This document shows positions 63,791 to 64,000 of a stretch of 64,000 bases of DNA, piece after piece. How positions within the stretch are numbered: the stretch's first letter is position 1; each line of letters starts with the position of its first letter. The notes beneath the pieces are model-generated. The model was not told the origin of the DNA. It saw only the letters and a program-made list of their open reading frames with translations, and did not search any database. The DNA is from Minisyncoccota bacterium (GTDB lineage Bacteria > Patescibacteriota > Minisyncoccia > UBA6257 > GWB1-50-10), in assembly GCA_020059915.1 (NCBI GenBank), contig JAGVBB010000003.1:233625-297624 (forward strand), given 5' to 3'. Both the position numbers and the translations under genes were made by a program.

Positions 63791-63826
63791 AAAAAATCCG
63801 CCAGTTCATAGACTGGCGGATTTTTT
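63791..63826. terminator. Bidirectional hairpin (repeat family, copy 4, inverted)
   Basis: AAAAAATCCGCCAGTTCATAGACTGGCGGATTTTTT between convergent genes. Confidence 0.75.
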
Positions 63827-64000
63827 ATTTTCCAGAAATTCCCCTTACCAATTCCAGATCCCTTGCTTTTAGCTGTGACAAAACTTTCATCTCTGGATCT
63901 ATCGCTATTGTTTTTCCAAAATACTGCCCCGCAGTGAAATGAGGGACAAGCACATAGTCGGCCCCCGCATGATAGAGGTGGAGCATCTCATGGTCGGTTT
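63825..64000 (-). CDS. 3' end of a TrkA-N/RCK domain protein (KefC-type cation:proton antiporter-like), partial
   Basis: Manual translation ...HLYHAGADYVLVPHFTAGQY...ISGK*. Confidence 0.65.
   Translation of the reverse strand, partial: TDHEMLHLYHAGADYVLVPHFTAGQYFGKTIAIDPEMKVLSQLKARDLELVRGISGK

Noticed and set aside
1-64000. Alternative genetic code (TGA=Gly)
   Set aside because: Long conserved genes are uninterrupted in the standard code and some genes end at TGA
1-64000. tRNA, rRNA or tmRNA genes
   Set aside because: None recognised by eye in the intergenic regions; a tRNAscan-SE/Infernal run would be decisive

Overview
AT-rich bacterial genome window (standard code), mostly minus-strand genes. 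Gene content points to Patescibacteria/CPR, probably Parcubacteria (inference from compact uvrA/uvrC, sigma70-r4+HARE-HTH, DUF5671, Gmad2, GerMN and many single-TM surface proteins). 1-34 kb is housekeeping (secDF, queA-tgt, nfo, uvrABC, tdk, ppsA, glycerate kinase, Dsb-like genes) with small accessory inserts, including a three-gene island that encodes an FCB-type T9SS cargo protein and a beta-barrel-like protein. 34.8-60.9 kb is a large surface-fibre locus: three paralogous GNVGIGT-repeat proteins sharing a six-repeat Cys module and carrying different tip domains, two more GIGT proteins with a shared C-terminal domain, a DxDxDG/Cys-repeat protein and four cupredoxins. The most striking unannotated structure is a layered repeat system. 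An element with inverted arms made of 7-nt repeats occurs once around a four-helix-bundle gene and six times empty, one copy in frame inside a gene. A 20-21-nt GC palindrome inserts into those heptad arms, into uvrC and into itself. A separate 189-bp MITE with a 6-bp target duplication splits the tgt/queA overlap. No rRNA, tRNA, CRISPR array, reverse transcriptase or transposase was seen. Family assignments are from motif recognition by eye, not database searches.
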